Source of the DNA: Syntrophales bacterium
GTDB lineage: Bacteria; Desulfobacterota; Syntrophia; Syntrophales; UBA2210
Direction: 5' to 3'
DNA: 64,000 nt
NCBI GenBank assembly: GCA_963662405.2
Contig: CAXXKT010000001.1
Location: 576,001 to 640,000 of the forward strand
Shown here: positions 31,528 through 41,014 of the stretch, piece by piece
How the letters are laid out: every line of letters starts with the position of its first letter
Position numbering within the stretch: the first letter of the stretch is position 1
The notes under the pieces: model-generated
Told to the model about the DNA's origin: nothing
Databases searched by the model: none
Seen by the model: only the letters and a program-made list of their open reading frames with translations
Program-made: the position numbers and the translations under genes

Positions 31528-32489
31528 GGCCCGACCTCAATGGGGAAAGGATACTCTTCGGCAATCGTGAATCCCAGTTTTTTCATCACCCGGGTATTGA
31601 TCCACACATGAAATAAGGGGGGGGCCTGTCGACAGTCCCCTCCCGATAACAGGGTGAGTGCCTCCCGTGCACACTGTCTTCCCAATTCTTCATAATCGAA
31701 AACAAAGGCGAAGGCCGATCCGCTGTCATAAAAAAATCGATTATATCCGATAACAGGGACCTTCTTGAAAAGTGATTCCTTAATCACATAGGCAATGATA
31801 CTCTCCGATATGACGGTCCGGTCCGGGATAAGCCAGAGGGCATCCACGTCCCCCCAGTGCTGTTGCAAGACGACGGGAATCTCTTTCTTCGATGATATTG
31901 CCAGAGGAACCACCGTTTTTCCCTCGGGCACAACGCGGGACGCCTCCTCGAAAAAATCATCGTTGTACCGGGGATCATACAGGATACCAATACGTGACAC
32001 CCCGGGGAGACCGCGTCCAATCATGTCAATCTGGGTTTGAACAGGAATATTCAAACACACTCCACACGGGGAAGAAAAACCATCAAGAACCTGGTCCGGG
32101 TTTAGGACAATGGAGTAAATCCGTTCGGCACCTTCCGGCAAGGTATTCATCCAGATAAAGCGTGCCGCTTCCGGACCGACTGAGAGGAAAAGATCGGCCT
32201 TCTCCTCTCGTAATGTTGCGGCAAGGGTGACTCGACTTTTATCGGGAAATTTATCCAGGGACCACACCTCAAGATCAATCCCTGGCGTTTCTTCGAAAAC
32301 GGCACTCATCCCTTCGACGGCTTCGACGTATGGCCTGATATCACGGGAAATCAGTATCGCCACCCGCCCCGCTCGCAGGCCCGCTGCCTGAGAGAATCCC
32401 CCCCACAACAACAACAGCAACATAACCACCAGCAATGCGGAAGTAATGCGCTTTTTCTCATCGGGATGCGGTATCTCAAAACATATCAT
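31524..32489 (-). CDS. Periplasmic substrate-binding-fold protein (ABC_sub_bind-like), no transporter partners
   Basis: Signal peptide; RIGILYDP, DALWLIPD, KVPVIG and DYEELGRQ motifs; 4-bp overlap with the kinase gene. Confidence 0.75.
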   Translation of the reverse strand: MICFEIPHPDEKKRITSALLVVMLLLLLWGGFSQAAGLRAGRVAILISRDIRPYVEAVEGMSAVFEETPGIDLEVWSLDKFPDKSRVTLAATLREEKADLFLSVGPEAARFIWMNTLPEGAERIYSIVLNPDQVLDGFSSPCGVCLNIPVQTQIDMIGRGLPGVSRIGILYDPRYNDDFFEEASRVVPEGKTVVPLAISSKKEIPVVLQQHWGDVDALWLIPDRTVISESIIAYVIKESLFKKVPVIGYNRFFYDSGSAFAFVFDYEELGRQCAREALTLLSGGDCRQAPPLFHVWINTRVMKKLGFTIAEEYPFPIEVGP

Positions 32490-32800
32490 CGACGAGGTCT
32501 CTTTACAGGGGGTCTCATTCCACTCCTCGCGGAATCTGCCATACGCATTATCGGGTGCGTCAAAGAGAGATCAGAAAGAACCGGGGTCCATCGTTCCGCT
32601 CCCGGCCAGAACCGATCCCTGAATCCCATCAGGACGTCCCCTGTATCTAGTATGGCGCTACAAGGGGGCACAAAAACGAAATACCGCGAACTCCTCGTAA
32701 CCGGAACGAATGTCTCAACAACGGATCAAATTCTCTTTTACGCATGTTACTCACGGACATATAATAATCTTTCCCCACAGCGCCTGCAAGGTGCTGACTC

Positions 32801-35101
32801 TTAAAATAAAGGAGATCGATCGAACGTATTTTCTCCCCTTTTTTCAAGTCGCTCTTTCACCTGTGAGATTTTTCCCTTAAACTCGTCCGTTACCGCATCG
32901 ACATCCTCGAGATTAGCTATTACACGCGGTGTTATCATAACAATCATTTCAGTTTTTGAACCCTCCATCTTGTCCTTGCCGAAGAGATATCGCATCAACG
33001 GAACATCTATGAGGCAGGGGACTCCCGACATGGCATCCGACTTGGTTTCACTGATGAGCCCGCCGATGACGAGTGTCTGCCCGTGCTTGACGGTCAGGGT
33101 GGTGGACACTGATCGTTTATAAAAGGAGGGATAATCACTCCCCCCCACGGAAACATTTGAACTCTGTTCGCTGACTTCCTGACTGATCTCCATCGTCACC
33201 AAACCGCTTTCGTTGATGTGAGGGGTTACCTTTAGTATGACACCGGTGTCGCGGTATTGGATATTTGTTTCCAAGACGTCAGAATCGCTATCCGTATAAT
33301 TATATGACGTGCTCGCCACCGGGATCTCCGTTGAAATATCAATACTCGCCTCCTTATTGTCGGAAGCGAGAAGGTGGGGTGAAGAGAGGATATTCACCTT
33401 TTTATTTTCCTGTAATGCCGACAAAGCGGCTTGCCATTTTTCGGTCAGCCCGATGGCATAGCTGAGCCCTGCGGCACCGATCGACGCGCTGAGACTTCCT
33501 GTTTCAACCCATGGCGCATTCTTAAACGTCCATTCGACACCCATCTCATATCCTTTTCCCAGGGTGATTTCCGCCACAGTGGCCTCTATCAGAACCTGCC
33601 GTGGGAGAACGTCAAGGCGATCGAGAATCCCCTGAATAACCTTGTAATCTCTGGGAGTAGCTTCTATAATGAGGGCGTTTCTCACTTCATCCGGGGTTAT
33701 TGTTACCTCTCCCCTCACAGAGGTTGCCGTACCGGCGACCTCCTCTCGCACCAAAGTCCCTGCCGATACACCGGCCTCGGCCTTTTCCGGCTCTTTTGCT
33801 TTCTCGGCACCAATAGCGAGGGGATTCGTGTGGGTAACCTCCTTCTTATTGCTCTTCTTGCTGGTTGTCCCCTTTTTCCCGAAGATCGAGCCCAAGAGAG
33901 TACCCAATTGATCAGCCGCTCCATTTCGAACAAAATATACATAGATGCGCGGCCCCATATCTTCACTGGGAATATCCAACTGAGCAGCAAAGGCATCCAG
34001 TCTTTCAAGCAGATCGACTTGGGAAGAGATGGCAAGCACGGCATTGAGACGACTGATGGCGACTAAATTCATTTTATCTTTTCCGATGGACGGGTATGAC
34101 CCGACTATCTCTTTGAGCGTCTTGGTTGCCTCCTCGGCATCGATGTTTGTAAAGAAATAAAATCGGTGGTTTATCTTCTCAAGGAGGTTGATGTCAAAGA
34201 CGTCCACCAATTTCAGTACCTTCAAGATATTGATACCTTTATCAACAACCAGAAGCATGTTCGAGGGGACATCGGCAATAATCGTCCCCGTGCTTGATAC
34301 AAAGGGGGTCAAGAGTTTGGTCATTTCTTGCGCCGTGATGAATTTTAAGGGAACGATTTGTATAACAACCTGCTGACTTGGCGGCACCTCCCTTATATCA
34401 CCCTCCACGCGGAGAGCAACGGGCATACGTGAGGCATCTTTGCTACTGACAATCTTGTGTACCGACCCCTCTTCTACAATCATGAGGCCACTGGCTTCCA
34501 GGATCTGGCGAAACACCGGGAATATCTCTTCCCTACTGAGTTCCTTGGTTGTACGGATAGTAACCGTTCCTCTCACACCCGGGTCGATAATGTAATTGAT
34601 CTCGAGTATATCGGAGATTGTCCTGATCACCTCATAGATGTCGGCGTTGTCGAAATTGAAGGTGATGCCTCCCTGTTCTGCGGAAGGCTCTTCGGTTCTT
34701 TCCGCCTGCAAAACCGCTTTCAAAGGCGTTGCGGGTTGGGTCGAGACCCCGGCCGTGTGATGCACCACCGGTTTCTGTGAAAGGGCAGGGGTAAGACTAT
34801 CGGTAGGTTTCTTTACTGATCGTTTGATATAACCAAAGGGAGTATCAACGAGTTCAAAGTCACCATTGTTATCGATACGAAGACGGTTCTCTTCTTCCCT
34901 ATTTACGATCTTTGCGGCTTCAGCGGGGTTGACGGTTGCGGCCGTTCCACCAGTCTTGAGGGTACGAACGGGTTTCGAACCACGGGCCTGCGAGCTGATA
35001 TCAGCCACGCGGGGCGCTGATCCGACACATCCCGCAAGAACAAAAGCAGCCACAAGGATTATACAAAAAGCTCTCATTTTATTCCTATTGTTCATCATCA
35101 T
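32801..35101 (-). CDS. gspD: Type II secretion secretin D
   Basis: FNFDNADI N0 domain, LDVLPRQVLIEA, DTGVILKVTP and VIGGLI...VP.L.D.P motifs. N-terminal LAGC lipobox. Confidence 0.93.
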   Translation of the reverse strand: MMMNNRNKMRAFCIILVAAFVLAGCVGSAPRVADISSQARGSKPVRTLKTGGTAATVNPAEAAKIVNREEENRLRIDNNGDFELVDTPFGYIKRSVKKPTDSLTPALSQKPVVHHTAGVSTQPATPLKAVLQAERTEEPSAEQGGITFNFDNADIYEVIRTISDILEINYIIDPGVRGTVTIRTTKELSREEIFPVFRQILEASGLMIVEEGSVHKIVSSKDASRMPVALRVEGDIREVPPSQQVVIQIVPLKFITAQEMTKLLTPFVSSTGTIIADVPSNMLLVVDKGINILKVLKLVDVFDINLLEKINHRFYFFTNIDAEEATKTLKEIVGSYPSIGKDKMNLVAISRLNAVLAISSQVDLLERLDAFAAQLDIPSEDMGPRIYVYFVRNGAADQLGTLLGSIFGKKGTTSKKSNKKEVTHTNPLAIGAEKAKEPEKAEAGVSAGTLVREEVAGTATSVRGEVTITPDEVRNALIIEATPRDYKVIQGILDRLDVLPRQVLIEATVAEITLGKGYEMGVEWTFKNAPWVETGSLSASIGAAGLSYAIGLTEKWQAALSALQENKKVNILSSPHLLASDNKEASIDISTEIPVASTSYNYTDSDSDVLETNIQYRDTGVILKVTPHINESGLVTMEISQEVSEQSSNVSVGGSDYPSFYKRSVSTTLTVKHGQTLVIGGLISETKSDAMSGVPCLIDVPLMRYLFGKDKMEGSKTEMIVMITPRVIANLEDVDAVTDEFKGKISQVKERLEKRGENTFDRSPLF

Positions 35102-35103
35102 GC

Positions 35104-35883
35104 CTACTTCTTCTTTCGTTTGATTTTGCCGAAAGGCGTGTCCACCACTTCATATCCTTCTCCCTTGACCGGGCTATCGTCAGATCCTTCCGATTCCACC
35201 GCCCGCTCCGCTTTTGGCCGGGGCGTTCTTTCGACCGTGACTTTTGTTGCCTGTTGTGTCGTGACAATCACCGGTTTGTCTTCCGGCTGTCGTGTTTTCA
35301 GCCCGGCGACTTGCGTATTATTCTTCTCATGGTCATACAGAGAAATTTCTATGAGATCAGCTCCCTTCTTCAACACAAGGCTTTCCTTCTTTATGACGGA
35401 AACCATAACATCCGTATCCCCGATAGTATCCCCTTCCCGCACCCACAGGAACGGCCTTTGGGGGGGCTTTGGCTGGGGGTCACTAATCAGGGCGGTCCGT
35501 GTATTATCCTTCACGACAACGCCGTACAGGACGATCTTTTTCCCGGAAATGCGAACCGCCTTTTCCACGACAGCCGGTTCATCCGGATTCTCCTTCTTCT
35601 CTTCATCACCCTCTTCCACCCGTTCCATTCTGTCCGATGTGAAAAGATCGTTGGCCGCCACCACCTCGTATGCATCCTCCGGGGGCAGCACACCCCGGAC
35701 AACCCTCGGAATATCGGAGGCCTTCACCTGGGCAGACCTCTGAATGTTCCGTGCGTCACCTCCGCTCTCTTCCGACCAGACACTGATACTCTTCGCACCG
35801 AAAAAGATGACGCATAGGGCCAAGATAATATTGATAAACCATGTCTTTGAAAACATATCAAGCACCGCTCGCATCCCGATCAC
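35104..35883 (-). CDS. gspC: Probable T2SS protein C-like
   Basis: N-terminal TM, HR-like domain (LYGVV...ALI...VREGDTI), located next to gspD. Confidence 0.55.
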   Translation of the reverse strand: MIGMRAVLDMFSKTWFINIILALCVIFFGAKSISVWSEESGGDARNIQRSAQVKASDIPRVVRGVLPPEDAYEVVAANDLFTSDRMERVEEGDEEKKENPDEPAVVEKAVRISGKKIVLYGVVVKDNTRTALISDPQPKPPQRPFLWVREGDTIGDTDVMVSVIKKESLVLKKGADLIEISLYDHEKNNTQVAGLKTRQPEDKPVIVTTQQATKVTVERTPRPKAERAVESEGSDDSPVKGEGYEVVDTPFGKIKRKKK

Positions 35884-35884
35884 C

Positions 35885-36442
35885 TTATTCCTTCATGAAC
35901 CCATCGACGGTCAGGTCCACTCTGAGTTGATCCCTTCCCTTTCGTCGGGGGGCACTGACTCGTATCTCACGTACCGTCAGGTACCTGTCGGATGCCGCGA
36001 GGCCATACAGGATCTCTTTGAGTTGTCTCGTCGTCAGGGACAGCGAAAACCGTACCGGAATGCTCAGGTACGCGGTACCCTCTTTTTTGGCGGGCTTCAG
36101 GACACGAACCGAGTTTGTCGCCACGCCACTTTTCTGTGTGATGGTGCTCAATATGTTCTGCATATCAACCGCAGCAAGGGGAGGGGTTTTCCCCTTCAAT
36201 AATCCTGACTCTCCCTGCTCGAGCGAGCCGGTAAGGGCTGCAAGACGTTTCTTTAATTCCTTTCCTTCTTCGATGGACTGTTGGTATTTCCCCAACTGTT
36301 TCTCTTTCACCTCGATTTGAGCGTCTCCACCGGTCATCCCCTGCAGGAGAGGATACACCTTGTATACCAGCCCGAAAAAGAGCAGAATGGCTCCGCCGAT
36401 CAGGATATATTTTCTCTCTCTGGTAAGCGCAAAATTGATCAT
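35885..36442 (-). CDS. gspM: T2SS protein M-like (PilO/GspM)
   Basis: LTRERK + TM + coiled coil + ferredoxin-like domain; operon position. Confidence 0.7.
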   Translation of the reverse strand: MINFALTRERKYILIGGAILLFFGLVYKVYPLLQGMTGGDAQIEVKEKQLGKYQQSIEEGKELKKRLAALTGSLEQGESGLLKGKTPPLAAVDMQNILSTITQKSGVATNSVRVLKPAKKEGTAYLSIPVRFSLSLTTRQLKEILYGLAASDRYLTVREIRVSAPRRKGRDQLRVDLTVDGFMKE

Positions 36443-37833
36443 GATTTGTTTTTCCGTGTCTGAAGCCCTATACGGAACCGTTCCTTGCCGTCCCTGGTTT
36501 TTGTAATCGTGGACAGAAAAGCCACATCCTTAAAAAGAGGAGACCCCTCGAGAAGCGTTACCAGTTCCGAAGCCGAATCCGCATATCCATCTATCTTTAC
36601 CTCCCCATCAGAGATGGTAACGTTGCTGACCCATGCGGTCTCGGGGATGATATCCGTGAGATCCGCCAGGATATCGAGAATCGGCACGTGTACATCTGCT
36701 GAAAGGGTGTTGAGATCTTTTATCTGTTTTTCCAGCTTGTTACACCGGTCACGTACCTTTTCTATCTTGGAAACCTCTCCCCGCAACTGCTCGATCCGTG
36801 CATCAAGGCGTTTCAGATCAAGGCGTTCCCTCATGATGGTCCCTCCCCCCCAGGAAATGAGAGACAAGGCCAACAGACCTCCGAGGATCATCATGGTGTA
36901 ATGCCCCCTCTTGTCCGGCTTCTTCCGCCGCTCAACAGGAAGCAGATTGATATCCATGTGCCCCCGCCGTATCGCCTTCAGGGCACATCCATATGCGGGC
37001 ACTAATTCATATGTCGGCACCCCTCCCTTCACGAGGTCAAAAATCTGCATCTCAAATGGATCGTCGTCAGCGAAGATGTTCAAAAGACCACCGTCCGAAG
37101 GGGGACCCAGAAAGATCACCGGTCGTTTCCCTTCACCATCGTTCAATGTATCACCGAGCGATGCCATCTCTCGCTTAATGACGGCAGAAAGATCATCCCT
37201 ATCATCCACCATCGATCCATGCCGCGAGTACCATAAGAGATCGTCCCGAAAGAGATCAATCTCCACGCGCCCTCCCCCCCCGTACACCACAGCTGAAGAT
37301 CCGCCAGGCGCAAGGCTCTCCGTATGAAACAAATAATTGGCCAGGGCCGTAGCGCTGATCTCCATCCCCGAAATACCGACACGGAGTTCCTCACACAGTG
37401 TGATGTACGGGGCGATGGCATTCTTTTCCGCCAGTACCAGCAAAACATTCAGTATGCCGGTCCCTTTGTCCTCCGAAATGATCTGATAATCAAAATGGAC
37501 ATCTTCCACCGGAAAGGGGGTATATTTCTCCATCTCATATCCGAGAGTGTCTCGAAGGTTCTCCTTCACCGCCAAGGGAAGTTGAATCTGCCTGATAAGC
37601 GCCATATCCCCCGGTATTGAAAGGTATATGTCTGTTGAAAGGATGTGGTTACTTCGCAGGAAAGCGAGCATCAAATCCCGAGCCACTCCCAGTCGCTCTT
37701 CCAATGATTTCTCTGCGGGGAGATCATATACGGCGTGAGCCTCCAGGCGCACTTCTCTGATCGACGCCTTGAGGTACGCCATCGAAAGAAATGTGGTCTC
37801 TATATGTATACCCACGCCCGTCTGAAAAAGCAC
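36439..37833 (-). CDS. gspL: T2SS protein L-like (PilM/PilN-type)
   Basis: Actin-like cytoplasmic part, INLLP motif, TM, PilN-like domain (IDGYADSA...SPLF). Confidence 0.75.
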   Translation of the reverse strand: MLFQTGVGIHIETTFLSMAYLKASIREVRLEAHAVYDLPAEKSLEERLGVARDLMLAFLRSNHILSTDIYLSIPGDMALIRQIQLPLAVKENLRDTLGYEMEKYTPFPVEDVHFDYQIISEDKGTGILNVLLVLAEKNAIAPYITLCEELRVGISGMEISATALANYLFHTESLAPGGSSAVVYGGGGRVEIDLFRDDLLWYSRHGSMVDDRDDLSAVIKREMASLGDTLNDGEGKRPVIFLGPPSDGGLLNIFADDDPFEMQIFDLVKGGVPTYELVPAYGCALKAIRRGHMDINLLPVERRKKPDKRGHYTMMILGGLLALSLISWGGGTIMRERLDLKRLDARIEQLRGEVSKIEKVRDRCNKLEKQIKDLNTLSADVHVPILDILADLTDIIPETAWVSNVTISDGEVKIDGYADSASELVTLLEGSPLFKDVAFLSTITKTRDGKERFRIGLQTRKNKS

Positions 37834-37845
37834 TGTGATCCTCCC

Positions 37846-38943
37846 TTATCCTTCGGATTCCGCCGTTTCTTCCTCGGGACCCCCGATGAGGCCCATCGAT
37901 TCGCTGATGGGTGCATCGTCGAGCCATCGGACGATCCTGTATCCTTTTTTGGCCCGTGCGTCAATCTTAACAAGGGCCTCTACCCCCCGCAGTGTCTTTG
38001 CGCCCCCCGTCACCCCCATCGATGTGACGGTATAGTACGGAATGGTCTGGACAGTGAGATATGATTTTAATGAGTTATACACATCGGCCCCGACAATCTC
38101 AAGGAGTTCGGATACCGATTTGAAATCGCGTTCCTTCCGGTAATCGATAATTGCCTGTGCCATGTCTTCCGTCATTCCGGGAAGGGTACGGAGCATGTCG
38201 ATAGAGGCGGCATTGATGTTCATCTTCCCGCTGATCGACGCGGTACTCGTTCCCTTTTTCCGTTTTTTCTTCTGTTTCTGCCGTTGATCCTGCTCATCAC
38301 CGTACACCGTTATCAGTTTCTCCAGTCCTCCGAAAAAGAGTTCCGGGGTCACCCCCCGCACCAGGAGCAGCTCTCCGACAGACTCGAAATCCCCGTCCCG
38401 GCAATCATACGGTTCGGGGAGTGCATGGTAATAATCGTTTTCCGCACCATTCACGCGGTGCAGATGATCTGTATCCCGCCAATCAAGGATGGAATCCACG
38501 ATTACATCCCGTTCCTCGTCCTCCAGGTCAAATCCTGAGAGAACCATTCGCAGCAGGCTGGGATTGGCCGCGTTGAGATTGATCTTTCCGCTTTCATTCG
38601 CGACACGCACCTTGAATTGCCCTTCTCCAAATGAGACGGGGGGGATATCCGTATTGACCCGCAATCGTACATCCTCTTCTTCATCCTCTACTATCGCTGT
38701 CTTCGGAGGAATCCTCTCATTTCTGATGAGTTCGACAACAGCCCGGTTCAATCCAGCCACGGCGATATAGTAGGCCTGCGTTTCTTCTTTGAAATTACGG
38801 GTGATATTCATCTCCGTCCGCATGGTATAGCAGAATTCACCGACAATAACGGTCAGGAGAGCCAGGACCCACAGAACCAGAAACAGCGCTATTCCTCGCT
38901 CATTATCAATGGTCGGTTTCATCTTCTCTCCGCTATCGTCCAT
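37846..38943 (-). CDS. gspK: T2SS minor pseudopilin K
   Basis: ERGIALFLVLW, ESGKINLN, ILDWRD, ELLLVRGVT and NINAAS motifs. Confidence 0.92.
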   Translation of the reverse strand: MDDSGEKMKPTIDNERGIALFLVLWVLALLTVIVGEFCYTMRTEMNITRNFKEETQAYYIAVAGLNRAVVELIRNERIPPKTAIVEDEEEDVRLRVNTDIPPVSFGEGQFKVRVANESGKINLNAANPSLLRMVLSGFDLEDEERDVIVDSILDWRDTDHLHRVNGAENDYYHALPEPYDCRDGDFESVGELLLVRGVTPELFFGGLEKLITVYGDEQDQRQKQKKKRKKGTSTASISGKMNINAASIDMLRTLPGMTEDMAQAIIDYRKERDFKSVSELLEIVGADVYNSLKSYLTVQTIPYYTVTSMGVTGGAKTLRGVEALVKIDARAKKGYRIVRWLDDAPISESMGLIGGPEEETAESEG

Positions 38944-39550
38944 GAGCCGCTATCCGTGCTACCGCTGTCACGGATGGTTTGTCTTCCCCGCGTTTCAGGG
39001 TTACCCGCACGGCAAGGGGAAATCCCGTTTCACTCTCAGGGTCCCAGGTTTCCTGCCATTCCGGGACCTCTTCACCCTCTGACCGCTTCAGATAAGCAAA
39101 TGCTATCTCCGTACTCCCGATCAGTTCCGTAAAGAGTTCATCGGAATCCATGTCGGGGTCCTCGACCATCAGGACAACATTCCGCTCACTCAGGCTGAGG
39201 ATCTCTCCGTCATCCTCCCCTTCCTCCACACGATAGATCACATACACCATACCGAATGTGTTGGCGGGTACCAAGTGAATATCAGAGACAAAGGCGAGAG
39301 ATTTCTGGTCTCCTTTCATCGCAAAGGCCTCCAGCCCCTGCACCGTATCGACCGGGATCGAGGCGATCTGACGCGTGATCAGATCCAGGACGATTCGTTC
39401 CCGCTGGTGCGCATCGATATCCCGCTCTCCCCGTTCCCATGCCCTGATCCCCACGCGGAAGGCACCGAACACCAGCAGGGTGATCAGTGACAGGATCGTC
39501 ATGGAGATCAACAGTTCCAAGAGCGTAAAGCCCCTGCTGCCACCACGCAT
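38933..39550 (-). CDS. gspJ: T2SS minor pseudopilin J
   Basis: GFTLLELL prepilin motif, C-terminal W...W.....PLAVRV. Confidence 0.82.
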   Translation of the reverse strand: MRGGSRGFTLLELLISMTILSLITLLVFGAFRVGIRAWERGERDIDAHQRERIVLDLITRQIASIPVDTVQGLEAFAMKGDQKSLAFVSDIHLVPANTFGMVYVIYRVEEGEDDGEILSLSERNVVLMVEDPDMDSDELFTELIGSTEIAFAYLKRSEGEEVPEWQETWDPESETGFPLAVRVTLKRGEDKPSVTAVARIAAHGR

Positions 39551-39570
39551 TATTATATGCCCCGTTTCTT

Positions 39571-40029
39571 CTATTTCGCCTCCTCCACCTTTTCGAACAC
39601 CTTCAGGCTATCCAATCTGAGGTGTTTCTCATGCCCCTCATTACCCCACGATACCTCAACCGCTATCGTAAATGTATCGAAGGGGAGACGTCCCGCCTCT
39701 TCTTCCCTTTGTTCCAGGCGCACAAGGTCCGCCTTCCACCGGAATTCGTCTTCGAATTCACCTTCGGAGACACCTTCTTCCACGGCATCCAACAGGAGGA
39801 TCTCTTCCATAATTTCCCGGGCATGAAAGATCCCCCGTGTATATTCATCCGATACCTTTCCCGACTTGAGCCCCCCCGAAAAGAGCTGCAGGATAACAAC
39901 AAGGGAGATGGCCAGGAGGGATACCGCAACAAGGATCTCTATGAGGGTGAACCCGTTTCCTTTTCCGTCTCTCTCCACTCCCCAGGACGAAGTGGTCACC
40001 CACCGCATCTTCCGCAGGCAGTGCCTCAT
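39571..40029 (-). CDS. gspI: T2SS minor pseudopilin I
   Basis: GFTLIEILVA prepilin motif; operon position. Confidence 0.8.
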   Translation of the reverse strand: MRHCLRKMRWVTTSSWGVERDGKGNGFTLIEILVAVSLLAISLVVILQLFSGGLKSGKVSDEYTRGIFHAREIMEEILLLDAVEEGVSEGEFEDEFRWKADLVRLEQREEEAGRLPFDTFTIAVEVSWGNEGHEKHLRLDSLKVFEKVEEAK

Positions 40030-40553
40030 TCATCTTCTCCGCGTGTCAGCCTTACTGATCCCGTGATGACGTCAACGACAACGATGTAACGTCCCCCTCG
40101 CTGATTAGTGACGGCAACCGCCCCCCCGTCGGATCCCCCGCTTGGGTAAAAACCGATTGTAAAACCCTCGGCATCCTCATCCACCGGCTCCTCCTCCGAA
40201 GCCACTTTCATGAAAACGATCCCATCGGGTAAATCATACCCCTTTTCTCCGGCACTCGCTGATCCTTCTTCTGATGTCTCATCACCGCCTTCCGTCTCAC
40301 CGGTCCGTTGAGACATGATTGTGAGGCGATTCTTTTCGAGATCAAAAACAGCCGCATACGGCACCTTCTGAGATACTGCCTGACTCCGGGCATACCGCAG
40401 TGAGGCCGCCACCTTTCCGGAAGCGGTCTTCAGATCCACCCCCCCCATCCCCCCGATAAAGCGGGGGACCACCAGCGCGGAGGAAATACCGATAATAATC
40501 AGGACAATGACAAGTTCCAAGAGGGTGAAACCGCCTGTCTTCCGATGTCTCAA
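40026..40553 (-). CDS. gspH: T2SS minor pseudopilin H
   Basis: GFTLLELV, LRYARSQAV and FYPSG motifs. Confidence 0.82.
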   Translation of the reverse strand: MRHRKTGGFTLLELVIVLIIIGISSALVVPRFIGGMGGVDLKTASGKVAASLRYARSQAVSQKVPYAAVFDLEKNRLTIMSQRTGETEGGDETSEEGSASAGEKGYDLPDGIVFMKVASEEEPVDEDAEGFTIGFYPSGGSDGGAVAVTNQRGGRYIVVVDVITGSVRLTRGEDE

Positions 40554-40572
40554 GAGGAGTAACCCGCCCCTT

Positions 40573-40998
40573 TCATTCCCCGATACCTTTCCAGTTCACG
40601 ATATCGAGATTTTCCTTCTCGCCCCCTTCCTCTCCATCAGCCCCCAGCGATGTAATGTCATAGTCTCCATGCTCCCCCGGAGATATGTACACATAGGCAT
40701 TTCCCCACGGATCGGGGGGAACCTCTTTCGCGAGATACGGGCCATCCCAATTCTTGGCATCATCCGGTTTTTCCCGCAACGCCTGGAGTCCCTCCTCCTC
40801 GGTTGGGTATTTGCCCACATCGAGCCGGTATGTATCCAGGGCCGTTTCAAAAAGGGCTATCTGGGACTTAGCGGCCTTCTGTTTCGATGTATCCACCTTT
40901 CCAAACATCCTTGGTCCGACCAGTGCGGCAAGAAGTCCCAGAATAACCATAACGATCAAGACCTCGATAAGCGTAAACCCCTTTTCCGTATGTTTCAA
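40573..40998 (-). CDS. gspG: T2SS major pseudopilin G
   Basis: GFTLIEVL, ALDTYRLDVGKYP, WDGPYL, DPWG and SLGADG motifs. Confidence 0.95.
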   Translation of the reverse strand: MKHTEKGFTLIEVLIVMVILGLLAALVGPRMFGKVDTSKQKAAKSQIALFETALDTYRLDVGKYPTEEEGLQALREKPDDAKNWDGPYLAKEVPPDPWGNAYVYISPGEHGDYDITSLGADGEEGGEKENLDIVNWKGIGE

Positions 40999-41014
40999 TT
41001 CTCATTTACTCCTT

